From: Oligoflexales bacterium
Lineage (GTDB): Bacteria > Bdellovibrionota_B > Oligoflexia > Oligoflexales > Bog-1112
NCBI GenBank assembly: GCA_045105515.1
Contig: JBGCDR010000064.1
Span: 1,460 to 65,459 of the forward strand
Reading direction: 5' to 3'
Length of the DNA stretch: 64,000 bases
This document shows, piece by piece, positions 18,595-27,436 of the stretch (positions are counted from its first letter, which is position 1; each line of letters starts with the position of its first letter). The notes beneath the pieces were generated by a model. That model did not search any database. It worked only from the letters and a program-made list of their open reading frames with translations, and was not told where the DNA came from. Position numbers and translations under genes: made by a program.

Positions 18595-20151
18595 CTATTT
18601 CGGGTTGATAAGTGGTTTGACATCAAAGTGAGCGCGAATGTTGTAAGGCAGTAGGCGTTCATAATCTTCTAAATATTCTGCCTTGCATAGCTCTTTGAAA
18701 ATAATGCAAAGGTAGTTGAATGGATCTAAGCCATTAACTTTCGCGGATTCTATTAGAGAATACAGGGTGGCACTTGCTTCTGCTCCAGCACAGGAATTAG
18801 AAAAAACCCAGTTGGATCTACCTATCACGAAAGGCCTGATAGCTCTCTCAGCTCTATTGTTGTCTAGGGGCACATGTGGGTCCAGCAAAAAGTGCTGCAT
18901 TTTGTCCCACTGATCCAATGCATAGCGAATCGCCTTACCAATTAGAGATTTTGGCAGTGTTTTAGGCTTTTCTGCTGTTAACCAGCTATACAGCTGGTTC
19001 ATCAAAGTTTGCGACTCTTCTCGTCGCTTTTTTAGTTTCTCGTCATAAGTTTTGCCTATGTTTTCTTTTTCCACTTTGTAAAGCGAACTGATTAGATCCA
19101 GTGGAATTTCTGCTTTTGTCTTAGCCTTGGGATTTGCTTTCTTCAAAGCCTTTTCGGCTTTAACAAATCCACGACGAATATGCACCAAGCATCCAGCTAA
19201 AGTTACATTTTCTTTTCTGGCAAAGGAATCATAGGTTTTAAGTCCATCACAGACCAAAATGCCCTCGAATCCTTCTAAGAAGTTTTTTGCTGCTTCGGTA
19301 TTACGACGACTGTCGTAATTGAATATAACCACTGGAGGGCCACACATTGAGGTGCCAACCCACATATAGCTCCGTTGCTCAGCTTTCCTATTGGGCTCTT
19401 TCAAGACCTGAATAGGTGTTTCATCACAACCGGCAACCTTCGAGTTTAATAGCTGTTCTCGCATGAGGTTTATGAGCGGCGTAGCTAGTTTTGAGCTTTG
19501 AATCATCCAAGAACTCATAGTGTTACGCTTCAAATCAATACTGTAACGAGTAAAAATTTGTTCCTGCCGATAAAGAGGCAAATGGTCGCAGTATTTTGCT
19601 GTTGCTATATAAGCAAGAAGTGAAGGTGATGCGAAGCTTTTTGGTATGGGTCTAGGCTCAAGATTACTGCAAACAATTTTTGTTGTTGCATCAATGTCGC
19701 TGCAGCATGAGCATTTATAAGAAAAAGTAACATGCTCAATGACCTTTACTTTTGCGGGAATGATCTCAAGTTCTTCCCTTACTTTTTCGCCGATACGCGT
19801 AAGAGCTATATTGTGAACAGGGCATTGCTTTGCTTCTTCGCTTAGGTCATGCTCGCGTCGTTCTCTTGGTAAATTAGCTGGTAAGGGTTTTCTACCTGAG
19901 CCTTTTTTTCTTGGTTTTTCTTTACATTCTACATTATCTTCCTTGCAGGGTTCGCTTTCCTCAAGGTCTATCTGTTCAACCTCATCAAATAGAGGCTGCA
20001 TGCCTTCTGGGTCGACTTTTCGTTTTTCTGATCTGCGGGAGAAAAGGATGTATTGAAGGCTTGCGACATCTGCTTGTAAACCAATGATACGATTTATAAG
20101 CTGCTCTTTGCTTAAGGACTCAAATTCAGATGTATCAATGTTCTCTTGCAT
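18595..20151 (-). CDS. tnpC: IS66 family transposase TnpC
   Basis: Track ORF trimmed to ATG 20149-20151 (MQENIDTSEF...), giving about 519 aa. It has a leucine-zipper-like N-terminus, a Cys cluster CPVH...CSCC, and a DDE-type core (CDETPIQVL, VCDGLKTYD, RAERAIRPF). Confidence 0.85.
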   Translation of the reverse strand: MQENIDTSEFESLSKEQLINRIIGLQADVASLQYILFSRRSEKRKVDPEGMQPLFDEVEQIDLEESEPCKEDNVECKEKPRKKGSGRKPLPANLPRERREHDLSEEAKQCPVHNIALTRIGEKVREELEIIPAKVKVIEHVTFSYKCSCCSDIDATTKIVCSNLEPRPIPKSFASPSLLAYIATAKYCDHLPLYRQEQIFTRYSIDLKRNTMSSWMIQSSKLATPLINLMREQLLNSKVAGCDETPIQVLKEPNRKAEQRSYMWVGTSMCGPPVVIFNYDSRRNTEAAKNFLEGFEGILVCDGLKTYDSFARKENVTLAGCLVHIRRGFVKAEKALKKANPKAKTKAEIPLDLISSLYKVEKENIGKTYDEKLKKRREESQTLMNQLYSWLTAEKPKTLPKSLIGKAIRYALDQWDKMQHFLLDPHVPLDNNRAERAIRPFVIGRSNWVFSNSCAGAEASATLYSLIESAKVNGLDPFNYLCIIFKELCKAEYLEDYERLLPYNIRAHFDVKPLINPK

Positions 20152-20506
20152 AACCTTGGCTTTGAAAAGTAAGCTTCTTATGAGTATTGATCTTATGCAG
20201 ATCAACTCCATCCAGCAACCATTTAAGTTCCCGTGCTTGCAAAGTTTTAGCTTGCTCAGGTGATTTCGGCCAGCGAAATCTGTCTTTTTCAAGGCTTTTC
20301 CACCAGAGAGCAAAGCCCGTTGAATCCCAATATAATAGTTTTGCTGCTGATTTTCGGCGATTGGTAAAGGCGAATAATGCCTTTGCATCGTTGGGCAGAG
20401 TCTTGAAAATAGGCTCTACTAGTAAAGATAAGCCATGAGCCTGCTTTCTGAAGTCAACGGGTTTTATCGCAAGGTATATTTTGTTAAATGAACTGATATC
20501 TCTCAT
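20135..20506 (-). CDS. tnpB: IS66 Orf2-like TnpB
   Basis: IYLAIKPVDFRKQAHGLSLLV...LFAFTNRRKSAAKLLYWDSTGFALWWKSLEKDRFRWP matches the conserved IS66 Orf2 pattern. Confidence 0.85.
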   Translation of the reverse strand: MRDISSFNKIYLAIKPVDFRKQAHGLSLLVEPIFKTLPNDAKALFAFTNRRKSAAKLLYWDSTGFALWWKSLEKDRFRWPKSPEQAKTLQARELKWLLDGVDLHKINTHKKLTFQSQGYAREH

Positions 20507-20796
20507 AAGAACACCTCGATGATCACTCCATGCGAATTGGATAGTCGAACAGTTGGTGCTCGGTCGCTGATAGCATGAGTCTGTTCAGAGTTTATGCTGA
20601 GCTCCACAAGCTCAGGCTTTGCTGAAGGGTTATCAGATGGCTTTCTTCGTTTATAGGAGCGGGCAATGCCTCTAGCTTTCTTCTCTTTATAGAAAGAGGA
20701 AGGTGAAATGCTCTCTTGTCTACAGAAAGCGGCATCGGAGATTCCTTGTTCAGCGTACTTTTTAAAAGCTTCATCCCAGTTAATGTTTCGTCTCAT
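20503..20796 (-). CDS. tnpA: IS66 TnpA (small HTH accessory protein)
   Basis: It is the first ORF of the IS and overlaps tnpB by 4 nt. HTH-like segment QGISDAAFCRQESISPSSFYKEKK. Confidence 0.7.
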   Translation of the reverse strand: MRRNINWDEAFKKYAEQGISDAAFCRQESISPSSFYKEKKARGIARSYKRRKPSDNPSAKPELVELSINSEQTHAISDRAPTVRLSNSHGVIIEVFL

Positions 20797-20860
20797 TTGT
20801 TGCTCCCAAAAATTGGATTAGTAATGAGAGCATTATGGCAAACCTAGCAACACGTTAAAG

Positions 20861-20883
20861 CCGTGTCATTTATGACCGCTTAC
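20861..20883. repeat. IS66 terminal inverted repeat (other end)
   Basis: See 18506-18528. Confidence 0.8.
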
Positions 20884-20891
20884 AAAAAGAC
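20884..20891. repeat. target-site duplication, right copy (AAAAAGAC)
   Basis: Identical to 18498-18505. Confidence 0.85.
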
Positions 20892-21374
20892 TTCAAACAG
20901 TTTCATGGTAAACTCCTGGTTTTAACCGGTAAAGGATGTGCTTCTACTTGTGAATATCTTGTGGATTATTTCAAGAAACACCCAAGTGCTACGGTCATTG
21001 GAGAAAACACAAAAGGTGCTTTTCACTTTATAGACACCGGCATTTATGTACTTCCACAATCGCGGATGGTTCTTAAAATGGGGCTTTCTTACGCAGAACA
21101 GGAAAATGGAACTTATACTGGCAAGGAAGGTATAAGTCCAGAGCTTGCATTCGATGAATTAGATTCCCAAACCAAGTTCTTCATAAATGCATTCATCCAA
21201 AAGGACTAGTTTTATTCCTGGTGGTCCTCAGGTTTCGAGTTTGCCCCATTAGACAGACCTGATGACTCATTTTCTTTCTATAGCCCACAGAAAATTCCTC
21301 GAACAAACTCTCACCTGACCTCTGATGACACTCCCTTTGACGAAGAATTATTAACTTTTAGGAGGTAGTGAGGC

Positions 21375-22073
21375 ATGCATACGCAAATCCAATCAATCAT
21401 AATTTTCATCAGTGTTATTAGTGTCATTGCTTTTATGTCCAAACCCATCCGGAACCTAATGGAGCTGAGATTAGGCAGTTTACGGGCTATTTATAACCCT
21501 TGGAGGTTTGTTAGCTACGGTCTGATCCATAGTGATCTACAACACTTGATAATGAATATGTTATCCTTTTGGTTTTTTTCCAGCATGATGCTCCAATTTC
21601 ATACCATTTACCAAGTTGTTTTAGTTTTTCTTGCAGGAATCTTACTTCCCCCCATAGCCGGATATTTTTTGATGTTTTTTTACCCAAATAGGCTCAGAGT
21701 CGTGGGGGCATCGGGTGGCTGCTATGCAGTTATGGGGGCAGCGCTGATGAGTAATTATGATGGAGGCATAAACTTTTTTGGATATCCAATGCCTGGCTTC
21801 CATATCCTCTTGATAGTGGTGGCTTATGACGTAGTCGGTGCCTTGTTTTCCGGAAAAGATGACACCTGGCATTTTGGGCATGGTGTCGGACTTGTAGCCG
21901 GATTAGTCACCCTGCATCTCTTGGACTTTCCTGGCACACTGCTTGTGCTTAATGCCCTAGAAATGATTCCTATCCCCTCTGATTTGAATTGGGTTCACAG
22001 CCTCGGAGCTGAGGCTTACCAGGTAGGACAAAAAATAACAAGTGAAATTAATAACATAGCGCAATCAAATTGA
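21375..22073 (+). CDS. rhomboid-family intramembrane serine protease
   Basis: Polytopic membrane protein with the GASGGCYAVMGA (GxSG) catalytic Ser motif, an upstream HSDLQHLIMNM, and a downstream His in FGHGVGLVAG. AGGAGG RBS. Confidence 0.8.
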   Translation: MHTQIQSIIIFISVISVIAFMSKPIRNLMELRLGSLRAIYNPWRFVSYGLIHSDLQHLIMNMLSFWFFSSMMLQFHTIYQVVLVFLAGILLPPIAGYFLMFFYPNRLRVVGASGGCYAVMGAALMSNYDGGINFFGYPMPGFHILLIVVAYDVVGALFSGKDDTWHFGHGVGLVAGLVTLHLLDFPGTLLVLNALEMIPIPSDLNWVHSLGAEAYQVGQKITSEINNIAQSN

Positions 22074-22139
22074 ATGACCTTTGATGTCACAGCTATGTCC
22101 GAATCTTTTTAACAAATGAACGAGCAAAGGAGCTTTATT

Positions 22140-22982
22140 ATGAAACTTTTGAAAACAATTAAGGAACATAAACAAGTAAGTAAGCACCCAAGTCTTTACT
22201 CCCTGGGTTTACTGGCATTGATCTTCACAGTCATCACAGCTTGCGGGCAATACTATGCCATCGAAGAGGAAAACCAATCTAATGTTGCAGATGAGGAAGA
22301 GACCGAGGAAGTTTACGAACTACCCTACCTTGAAACTGTTGAAATGGGCGACTGTGGACCTGAACTTGGCTGCATGCGAGGATTTATCTCCCATGGTATG
22401 GAGCTAGTCATAAGTCCTGACGACTCTTCCTTGAATCTAATGAAACGCGAAAATACTGAGCCACTAGTCCCCATTAGGTTTAGGGATGCTCAGGATTTTG
22501 GTGATCGCTTTGATACGGCATTCTTAAAGCCCCTAGTGAAAAAAGGTGAGCTGGATCTCTATGATTTTAAAATTTCTCCCACTGTAACTCGTGACAATTT
22601 TGCTGAAGGCTTTGAAATGTATACAGAAGGGCTTAGCGCTAAAGATAAAAGCCTAAGCATGGGAGGAGAAGGAAATTTTATCCTTGGGGATATCATTCCC
22701 TATGACAAAGTTGATTTTAGGGCAGTTAAAATGTTTAGAATCGAGATGAGCAAGTATGATGCGGAAACAGATACTGATATTTCGAATATTATTTGCCTCG
22801 AAATCTCTGCGATCATTCGTGACAACTTAGTTGAAGCAGACACTCCGGTAAACCTCGGTGGCTTATCCAATTTCAACTTCTATTATACGGAAGACTCAAG
22901 CTACTGCTCAAACAAAGTTATGAATTCAGGAACTAGAGCAGAGGCCTCAACGCTTCCAGCTACTGTTCCTGAAATCCCTTAA
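22140..22982 (+). CDS. lipoprotein, paralogous to the N-terminal domain of the next gene
   Basis: ATG 22140 follows AAGGAG. Lipobox LIFTVITAC. Shares blocks with the 23018 product: GCMRGFISHGME / TCVVGYISHGMP, FRDAQDFGDRFDTAFLKP / FLDAQDLADRFGTTFIRP, VTRDNFAEGFEMYTE / VTRKNFVTGFEIYTD, NFNFYY / NFEFYY. Confidence 0.65.
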   Translation: MKLLKTIKEHKQVSKHPSLYSLGLLALIFTVITACGQYYAIEEENQSNVADEEETEEVYELPYLETVEMGDCGPELGCMRGFISHGMELVISPDDSSLNLMKRENTEPLVPIRFRDAQDFGDRFDTAFLKPLVKKGELDLYDFKISPTVTRDNFAEGFEMYTEGLSAKDKSLSMGGEGNFILGDIIPYDKVDFRAVKMFRIEMSKYDAETDTDISNIICLEISAIIRDNLVEADTPVNLGGLSNFNFYYTEDSSYCSNKVMNSGTRAEASTLPATVPEIP

Positions 22983-23017
22983 TACCACACAGCTACTTAA
23001 GAAAGGTTATCTAAGGA

Positions 23018-26000
23018 ATGGGAAAGCTTAAACTAATTCAATACCTTGTTTTCTTATCCTTCATCCTCGGAGCTTGCTCTGATGAGGAGGGGGCAGGCCC
23101 TGATCTTGACTTTATCGAGAATCACTTAGCCCAAGAATCCGCAGAGCCAGAAACCCCCTGTGAAGATAGCCAAACCTGTGTAGTCGGATATATCAGCCAT
23201 GGGATGCCCATTAGCCTTGAGCCCATTGATTCTCAGTTTGATAGCTTTGTCTTCCTTGATGCGCAGGATCTTGCAGATCGTTTTGGAACAACCTTTATTC
23301 GCCCATACCTGGAATCTACCGGAATTGACTCCACTAGGTACAAAATCAGCCTTGAACCAATGGTTACAAGAAAGAACTTTGTAACTGGATTTGAAATTTA
23401 CACAGATAGTAGTTCAGGGGGTAGCAAGCGGCAGGCACTTAGCAACGAGGGAAACTTTCTCATCCAAGGCTTGCCAAATAATGAGAGTGTTCAGATCAGA
23501 TTGGTAAAAACTTTTCCAATTCGTTTCGAACACCTTGAGACTAAGGAGATCAGCTATCAGTGCATGGTGATTCACTCCATTTCAAAACCTCTATTCCTAA
23601 ACCAAGAAAATCCCTTTGCCCACCTCGGTGCTATTAGAAACTTCGAATTCTACTATTTAAGTAGAGAGAACCAATGCTCGGCTCAAAGAGAGCTTGCAAA
23701 CAAGGATAGTGACGGCGATTTTATTCCAGATTTAGAAGATAGCGATGATGATAACGATGGGATTGCGGACCAAGATGACTGCTCCCCCCTAGACCCAAAG
23801 AAATGGCAATCTGCCCTAGCTTATGAAGACAAGGACCTAGATGGTTTTGGCCATGGTGAGGGCGTAGAAATCTGCTATGGGAAACAAAGCTTGGGGTTCG
23901 TTTTCAATAAGGACGACTGCGATGATTCTGCCAGAGACCTATACTTTTTACATAAATTTGCTTACGTAGATCAAGATCTTGATGGATACTTCAAACCCCA
24001 GGAAGGGCTTATCTGTGGTCCTAAGACCATGCCAAGTTCCTATGCTATTTCGGCTGAAGATATTGACTGCGATGACGAAAAACCAGATGCCTTTATTTGG
24101 ACTGAAGTCTACCAAGACCAGGATGGAGATAGCATAGGCGCTGGAGATCTGATGCAAATTTGCGCTGGCTCCCAGCTTCCTGAGTTTTACAGCTACCAGA
24201 ACGGAGATTGTGATGATGAGGATAAGTCTCGGTTTCAGCTCTTGGAGGCATTTTTAGATGCTGACGAAGATGGTTTTGGGTCCACGCCAGTAAGTATTTG
24301 TAGTGGAGAAGACTTAGAAATTGCTTACAGCTTACTTTCTGGTGATTGTGATGATAAAGACGCTGACGCCTTCCAACTGCTTCCAGGCTATCTTGACCAA
24401 GATAGGGATACTTTTGGCACAGGCTCGCTCTTAGCGATCTGCAGCGGCAACCAACTAAAAAGTGGATATGCGGGGGTCCGAGGTGATTGCAACGATGAAG
24501 ACAGTAGCCGCTTTCAAATCCTAGCTTACCAATATGTGGATATTGATGGGGATGGGTACACGAAGCATTCCCCTGGCTTGTTATGCAGTGGGCTTCACCT
24601 AGACACCCAGCATCTAATGCAGCCCAGGCTCACGGACTGTGACGATGATGATCCACTTAAGTACCAAGCTATGGATGCTTACCAAGACCTCGATGGGGAT
24701 GGTCGTACAGCAGGTGAAAAACAGCGCTTATGCACTGATGGAACGTTTCCTAGGGGCTATATGACCAATTTTCATGATGACTGTGATGACCATAATTCCA
24801 ATAAATATCAGATGCTAAGCTTCAGTTACCGGGATGCGGACCAAGATGGAGTTTTTAAGCTGCAAGCTGGATATGTTTGTTCAGGAGCAAACCTTCCTTC
24901 CCATTACGCAAATCATGCTGAAGTGCTTGATTGTGATGATGCAGACTCCATGAAGTTTCAACTATTAAATGGCTACTTGGATGTTGATGGTGATTCTTTT
25001 GGAGCCGGGGGCTTACGGCCTGTTTGTAGTGCTAATAGCCTTCCTTCAGGATACGCTACTGTTGCCGGCGACTATTTTCCCATGGATGCACTAAGACACG
25101 GCTATGGCCAAACCATTCTCTTGGATTCTGTTCCCATTAGCAGACTACAAAGTGCCGTAGATAAAGAAGACCAACTTGTTCTCAGCACTGTTGAAAATAC
25201 CTCTGACAAGCCATCCATTTGGCTAGAAAAAATCGATATAGATGGCAATTCTGTGTGGCGCAAAAAACTTTTGCAATATGATCAAGACACATGTTACGGA
25301 TGCACGGCTGCTGTCGAAGGCATCACCATAACGCCTGACAATAAGATCCTTGTTGCCTTGCAGATAAGAGGAGGTTTCAGAAAAAACGCAAGCGATACCG
25401 ACCCATCCATGTTTGAGTTAGTTTATTCGCGGTATTCATATCAAACCTATCGAACCATACTCATCAAGCTTGATGAAGGTGGCTCATTCATGTGGAACAG
25501 TTATATTTCAAGCACCTCAGGCTACAATTATGCCCGCGGTTTGCAAGTTGTCACTGATTCTTCTAATCGAACTTGGGTATGTGCCAACGTTTATGTCAAT
25601 CTAGGCGGAGGCGAGATGTCGAGCGATTTTTACTTAGCAGCATTTGATTCCGAAGGTAACCTCACTTGGAATACCGTCATTGGCAATGATGTTATCGATG
25701 GCAGATTAGTGAAAAATCGTTATCACGCAATCAACGATGCATGCACGGGCTTAGCCCTTGATATCCATAACAACCTTTATGTTACCGGCTTGATCTCAGG
25801 GACCCTAGACTTCGATTTCGGACCTGGGAAAGATGAGAAAAGCGCCCAAGGATTTTTTCTGCTAAAAGTTGGCTCGGATTATAGCTATAGATGGTCGCAT
25901 ATTATCTCCGCAGGTCCGAGTGGCCCAAAAGTGGCCGTCGATGGGGATCATGTTTTGGTCATCAGTAGATTTGCCGAGTCGAGTGTTGACTTTTATCCTG

Positions 26001-26392
26001 GTCCTGAAAAAGACATAAAAAACAATCCAAACCCGAACAAACAGATAGCCACCTTTATCAGTCGGTACGATACAACTGGTCGCTATGTTTCAACCAAGGT
26101 CTATCCTCATAGTCCCGGAAGGCTAATCCTTGAAGGTGGCCATGCCAGGTACCTATCGGTCGCAAATCCGATCATGAAGCTTGAAAGCATGAGCCTCCAT
26201 GATGAGCAAGAAGATTGGCATATTTCATGGGAGAGTTCTTTATCTTTTAGCGGTTTCTATCGAATTTATCCACTCAGCGATGGAAGGCTGATGATACTCT
26301 TTTCCATAAGGGGCACTGTTGATTTTGATTTTACTGAAGGTGAGGACGTGCTCTCAGATTATGACTATAAAGTTTTTTTAATGACATTATGA
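23018..26392 (+). CDS. large lipoprotein: paralog domain + 9 tandem Cys/Asp-rich 'putative metal-binding motif' (MopE-like) modules + C-terminal beta-propeller-type (SBBP-like) repeats
   Basis: Signal peptide/lipobox LSFILGAC. Calcium-binding-like DSDGDFIPDLEDSDDDNDGIADQDD. Nine modules of the form Y-x-D-x-D-G-D-x-F-G...C-x-G...Y...GDCDD-x-D...FQ-x-L. C-terminal repeats of the type LYVTGLISGTLDFDFGPG and GTVDFDFTEGED. Confidence 0.75.
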   Translation: MGKLKLIQYLVFLSFILGACSDEEGAGPDLDFIENHLAQESAEPETPCEDSQTCVVGYISHGMPISLEPIDSQFDSFVFLDAQDLADRFGTTFIRPYLESTGIDSTRYKISLEPMVTRKNFVTGFEIYTDSSSGGSKRQALSNEGNFLIQGLPNNESVQIRLVKTFPIRFEHLETKEISYQCMVIHSISKPLFLNQENPFAHLGAIRNFEFYYLSRENQCSAQRELANKDSDGDFIPDLEDSDDDNDGIADQDDCSPLDPKKWQSALAYEDKDLDGFGHGEGVEICYGKQSLGFVFNKDDCDDSARDLYFLHKFAYVDQDLDGYFKPQEGLICGPKTMPSSYAISAEDIDCDDEKPDAFIWTEVYQDQDGDSIGAGDLMQICAGSQLPEFYSYQNGDCDDEDKSRFQLLEAFLDADEDGFGSTPVSICSGEDLEIAYSLLSGDCDDKDADAFQLLPGYLDQDRDTFGTGSLLAICSGNQLKSGYAGVRGDCNDEDSSRFQILAYQYVDIDGDGYTKHSPGLLCSGLHLDTQHLMQPRLTDCDDDDPLKYQAMDAYQDLDGDGRTAGEKQRLCTDGTFPRGYMTNFHDDCDDHNSNKYQMLSFSYRDADQDGVFKLQAGYVCSGANLPSHYANHAEVLDCDDADSMKFQLLNGYLDVDGDSFGAGGLRPVCSANSLPSGYATVAGDYFPMDALRHGYGQTILLDSVPISRLQSAVDKEDQLVLSTVENTSDKPSIWLEKIDIDGNSVWRKKLLQYDQDTCYGCTAAVEGITITPDNKILVALQIRGGFRKNASDTDPSMFELVYSRYSYQTYRTILIKLDEGGSFMWNSYISSTSGYNYARGLQVVTDSSNRTWVCANVYVNLGGGEMSSDFYLAAFDSEGNLTWNTVIGNDVIDGRLVKNRYHAINDACTGLALDIHNNLYVTGLISGTLDFDFGPGKDEKSAQGFFLLKVGSDYSYRWSHIISAGPSGPKVAVDGDHVLVISRFAESSVDFYPGPEKDIKNNPNPNKQIATFISRYDTTGRYVSTKVYPHSPGRLILEGGHARYLSVANPIMKLESMSLHDEQEDWHISWESSLSFSGFYRIYPLSDGRLMILFSIRGTVDFDFTEGEDVLSDYDYKVFLMTL
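23700..25090 (+). repeat. in-frame tandem coding repeats (about 47-50 codons x 9)
   Basis: Periodic recurrence of GA(T/C)TG(T/C)GATGAT (DCDD) and GATGG(N)GA(T/C) (DGD) codon blocks; see the protein modules listed for 23018-26392. Confidence 0.7.
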
Positions 26393-26431
26393 CATACGTA
26401 GAAAATCCAAATTTTTAGTAAGGGAATCATT

Positions 26432-26737
26432 ATGAATTATCCACACATTGTCGTGCGCTTAATGCCTGCTATTTATATGCCCTATAAGATCTGGTTTGGA
26501 TCTGCAAGCTGCTACAAGGGTCAAAACGCTTTTTATATTGATGTTGATCTGGAAAAAGATTTACAGGGTAATTTGACAAAACGATGCATAGATGCCCTCG
26601 TGCCAAAAATCTTGCTCTTATCTCAGAAAAACAATCAGCGAATGTGCTTAGTTCTTGAAAAGGATCACTGCATTTATTTAGAACCAGATGGCTCCTTTGA
26701 TTATTCAGGCGAGCCGCCTAGGAGCTCTATTGCGTAA
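26432..26737 (+). CDS. hypothetical protein (101 aa)
   Basis: ATG is preceded by AAGGGA. No domain recognised. Confidence 0.45.
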   Translation: MNYPHIVVRLMPAIYMPYKIWFGSASCYKGQNAFYIDVDLEKDLQGNLTKRCIDALVPKILLLSQKNNQRMCLVLEKDHCIYLEPDGSFDYSGEPPRSSIA

Positions 26738-26740
26738 TAC

Positions 26741-26813
26741 GCGAGCCTTGCGAGTGGAGATGCCCCAGGGTACCTGTCACCACCACGCCGTCCAGGCGGT
26801 TAGGTGGTCCCCC
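26741..26813. repeat. GC-rich mini-repeat cluster, copy 1 (sub-repeats b-c-a)
   Basis: b is GCGAGCCTTGCGAGTGGAGATGCCCC (26741-26766). c is CCTGTCAC (26773-26780). a is CAGGCGGTTAGGTGGTCCCCC (26793-26813). Similar blocks recur at 27242-27308 in the order a-c-b. Confidence 0.6.
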
Positions 26814-26902
26814 ACAAGTTATCACCCCCTATGACCCCAACTGACAAAGCTCCCCCCGAAACCATAATCAGACTTTGAAACTAATTTTGGGGAGATCTTA
26901 AA

Positions 26903-27223
26903 ATGCCTTCAGAAATCATAGCAATATTTAGCTTAACTTTACCTGGTATCGTACTTCTTCTTTCTTTGTTGAAGATGCTATCTAATGATCGATTGAGAGA
27001 TCAAAATCAAGAACTAAATCACTGTATAAAGAACTTAGAGGAACAAATTACTCAGCTACTAAATGAAAATATTCTCTTAAAATCATGCACGAAATCCCTT
27101 AGGCAAGAATTGGAAAAGCAAAGCCAAAAAATGGCACAAATCAAAACCCCATGTTATGTGGTAACCCTACCGGAACAAGATCATATCAATCTTGCAAACC
27201 GCAATATACACCGACCTAATTAA
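26903..27223 (+). CDS. small TM + coiled-coil protein, paralog of the RmuC N-terminus
   Basis: MPSEIIAIFSLTLPGIVLLLSLL compares with RmuC MQHEILLIFSLIMFSLVLLLYIW. The upstream 80 nt including the RBS (GGAGATCTTAA) is also duplicated before rmuC. Confidence 0.5.
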   Translation: MPSEIIAIFSLTLPGIVLLLSLLKMLSNDRLRDQNQELNHCIKNLEEQITQLLNENILLKSCTKSLRQELEKQSQKMAQIKTPCYVVTLPEQDHINLANRNIHRPN

Positions 27224-27241
27224 CCATCACATCGACAGCCG

Positions 27242-27308
27242 CAGGTGGTTAGGTGGCCTCCTGGCCCCCCTGTCACATCGAGCGAGCGCAGCGAGCCGAG
27301 ATGTCCCC
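27242..27308. repeat. GC-rich mini-repeat cluster, copy 2 (sub-repeats a-c-b)
   Basis: a is CAGGTGGTTAGGTGGCCTCC (27242-27261). c is CCTGTCAC (27269-27276). b is GCGAGCGCAGCGAGCCGAGATGTCCCC (27282-27308). Confidence 0.6.
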
Positions 27309-27436
27309 CACCAATAATGAATACCCTCTTATATTCAACCCCTTAACCACCCCCTCACCCCCTATGACCCTAAGTGACACAGGCATCCCCGACAATAAGA
27401 TCATGTTTTGGATCGTTATTTGAGGAGATCTTAAGA

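Larger units (their letters stand above)
18506..20883 (-). mobile_element. IS66-family insertion sequence, apparently intact (2378 bp)
   Basis: Ends GTAAGCG...CGCTTAC, which are typical IS66 termini. Imperfect 23-bp inverted repeats, three-ORF tnpA-tnpB-tnpC organisation, and a flanking 8-bp direct repeat AAAAAGAC. Confidence 0.9.
17567..21209 (+). pseudogene. S41-family (C-terminal processing/tail-specific-like) peptidase gene disrupted by IS66 insertion
   Basis: The 5' part (17567-18505) contains LILDLRKNSGGW, the S41 DLRxNxGG motif. The 3' part (20892-21209) reads FKQFHGKLLVLTGKGCASTCEYLVDYFKKHPSATVIGENTKG. Removing the IS and one TSD copy joins the two parts in frame (20892 is in frame with track ORF 20961-21209). 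Confidence 0.8.
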
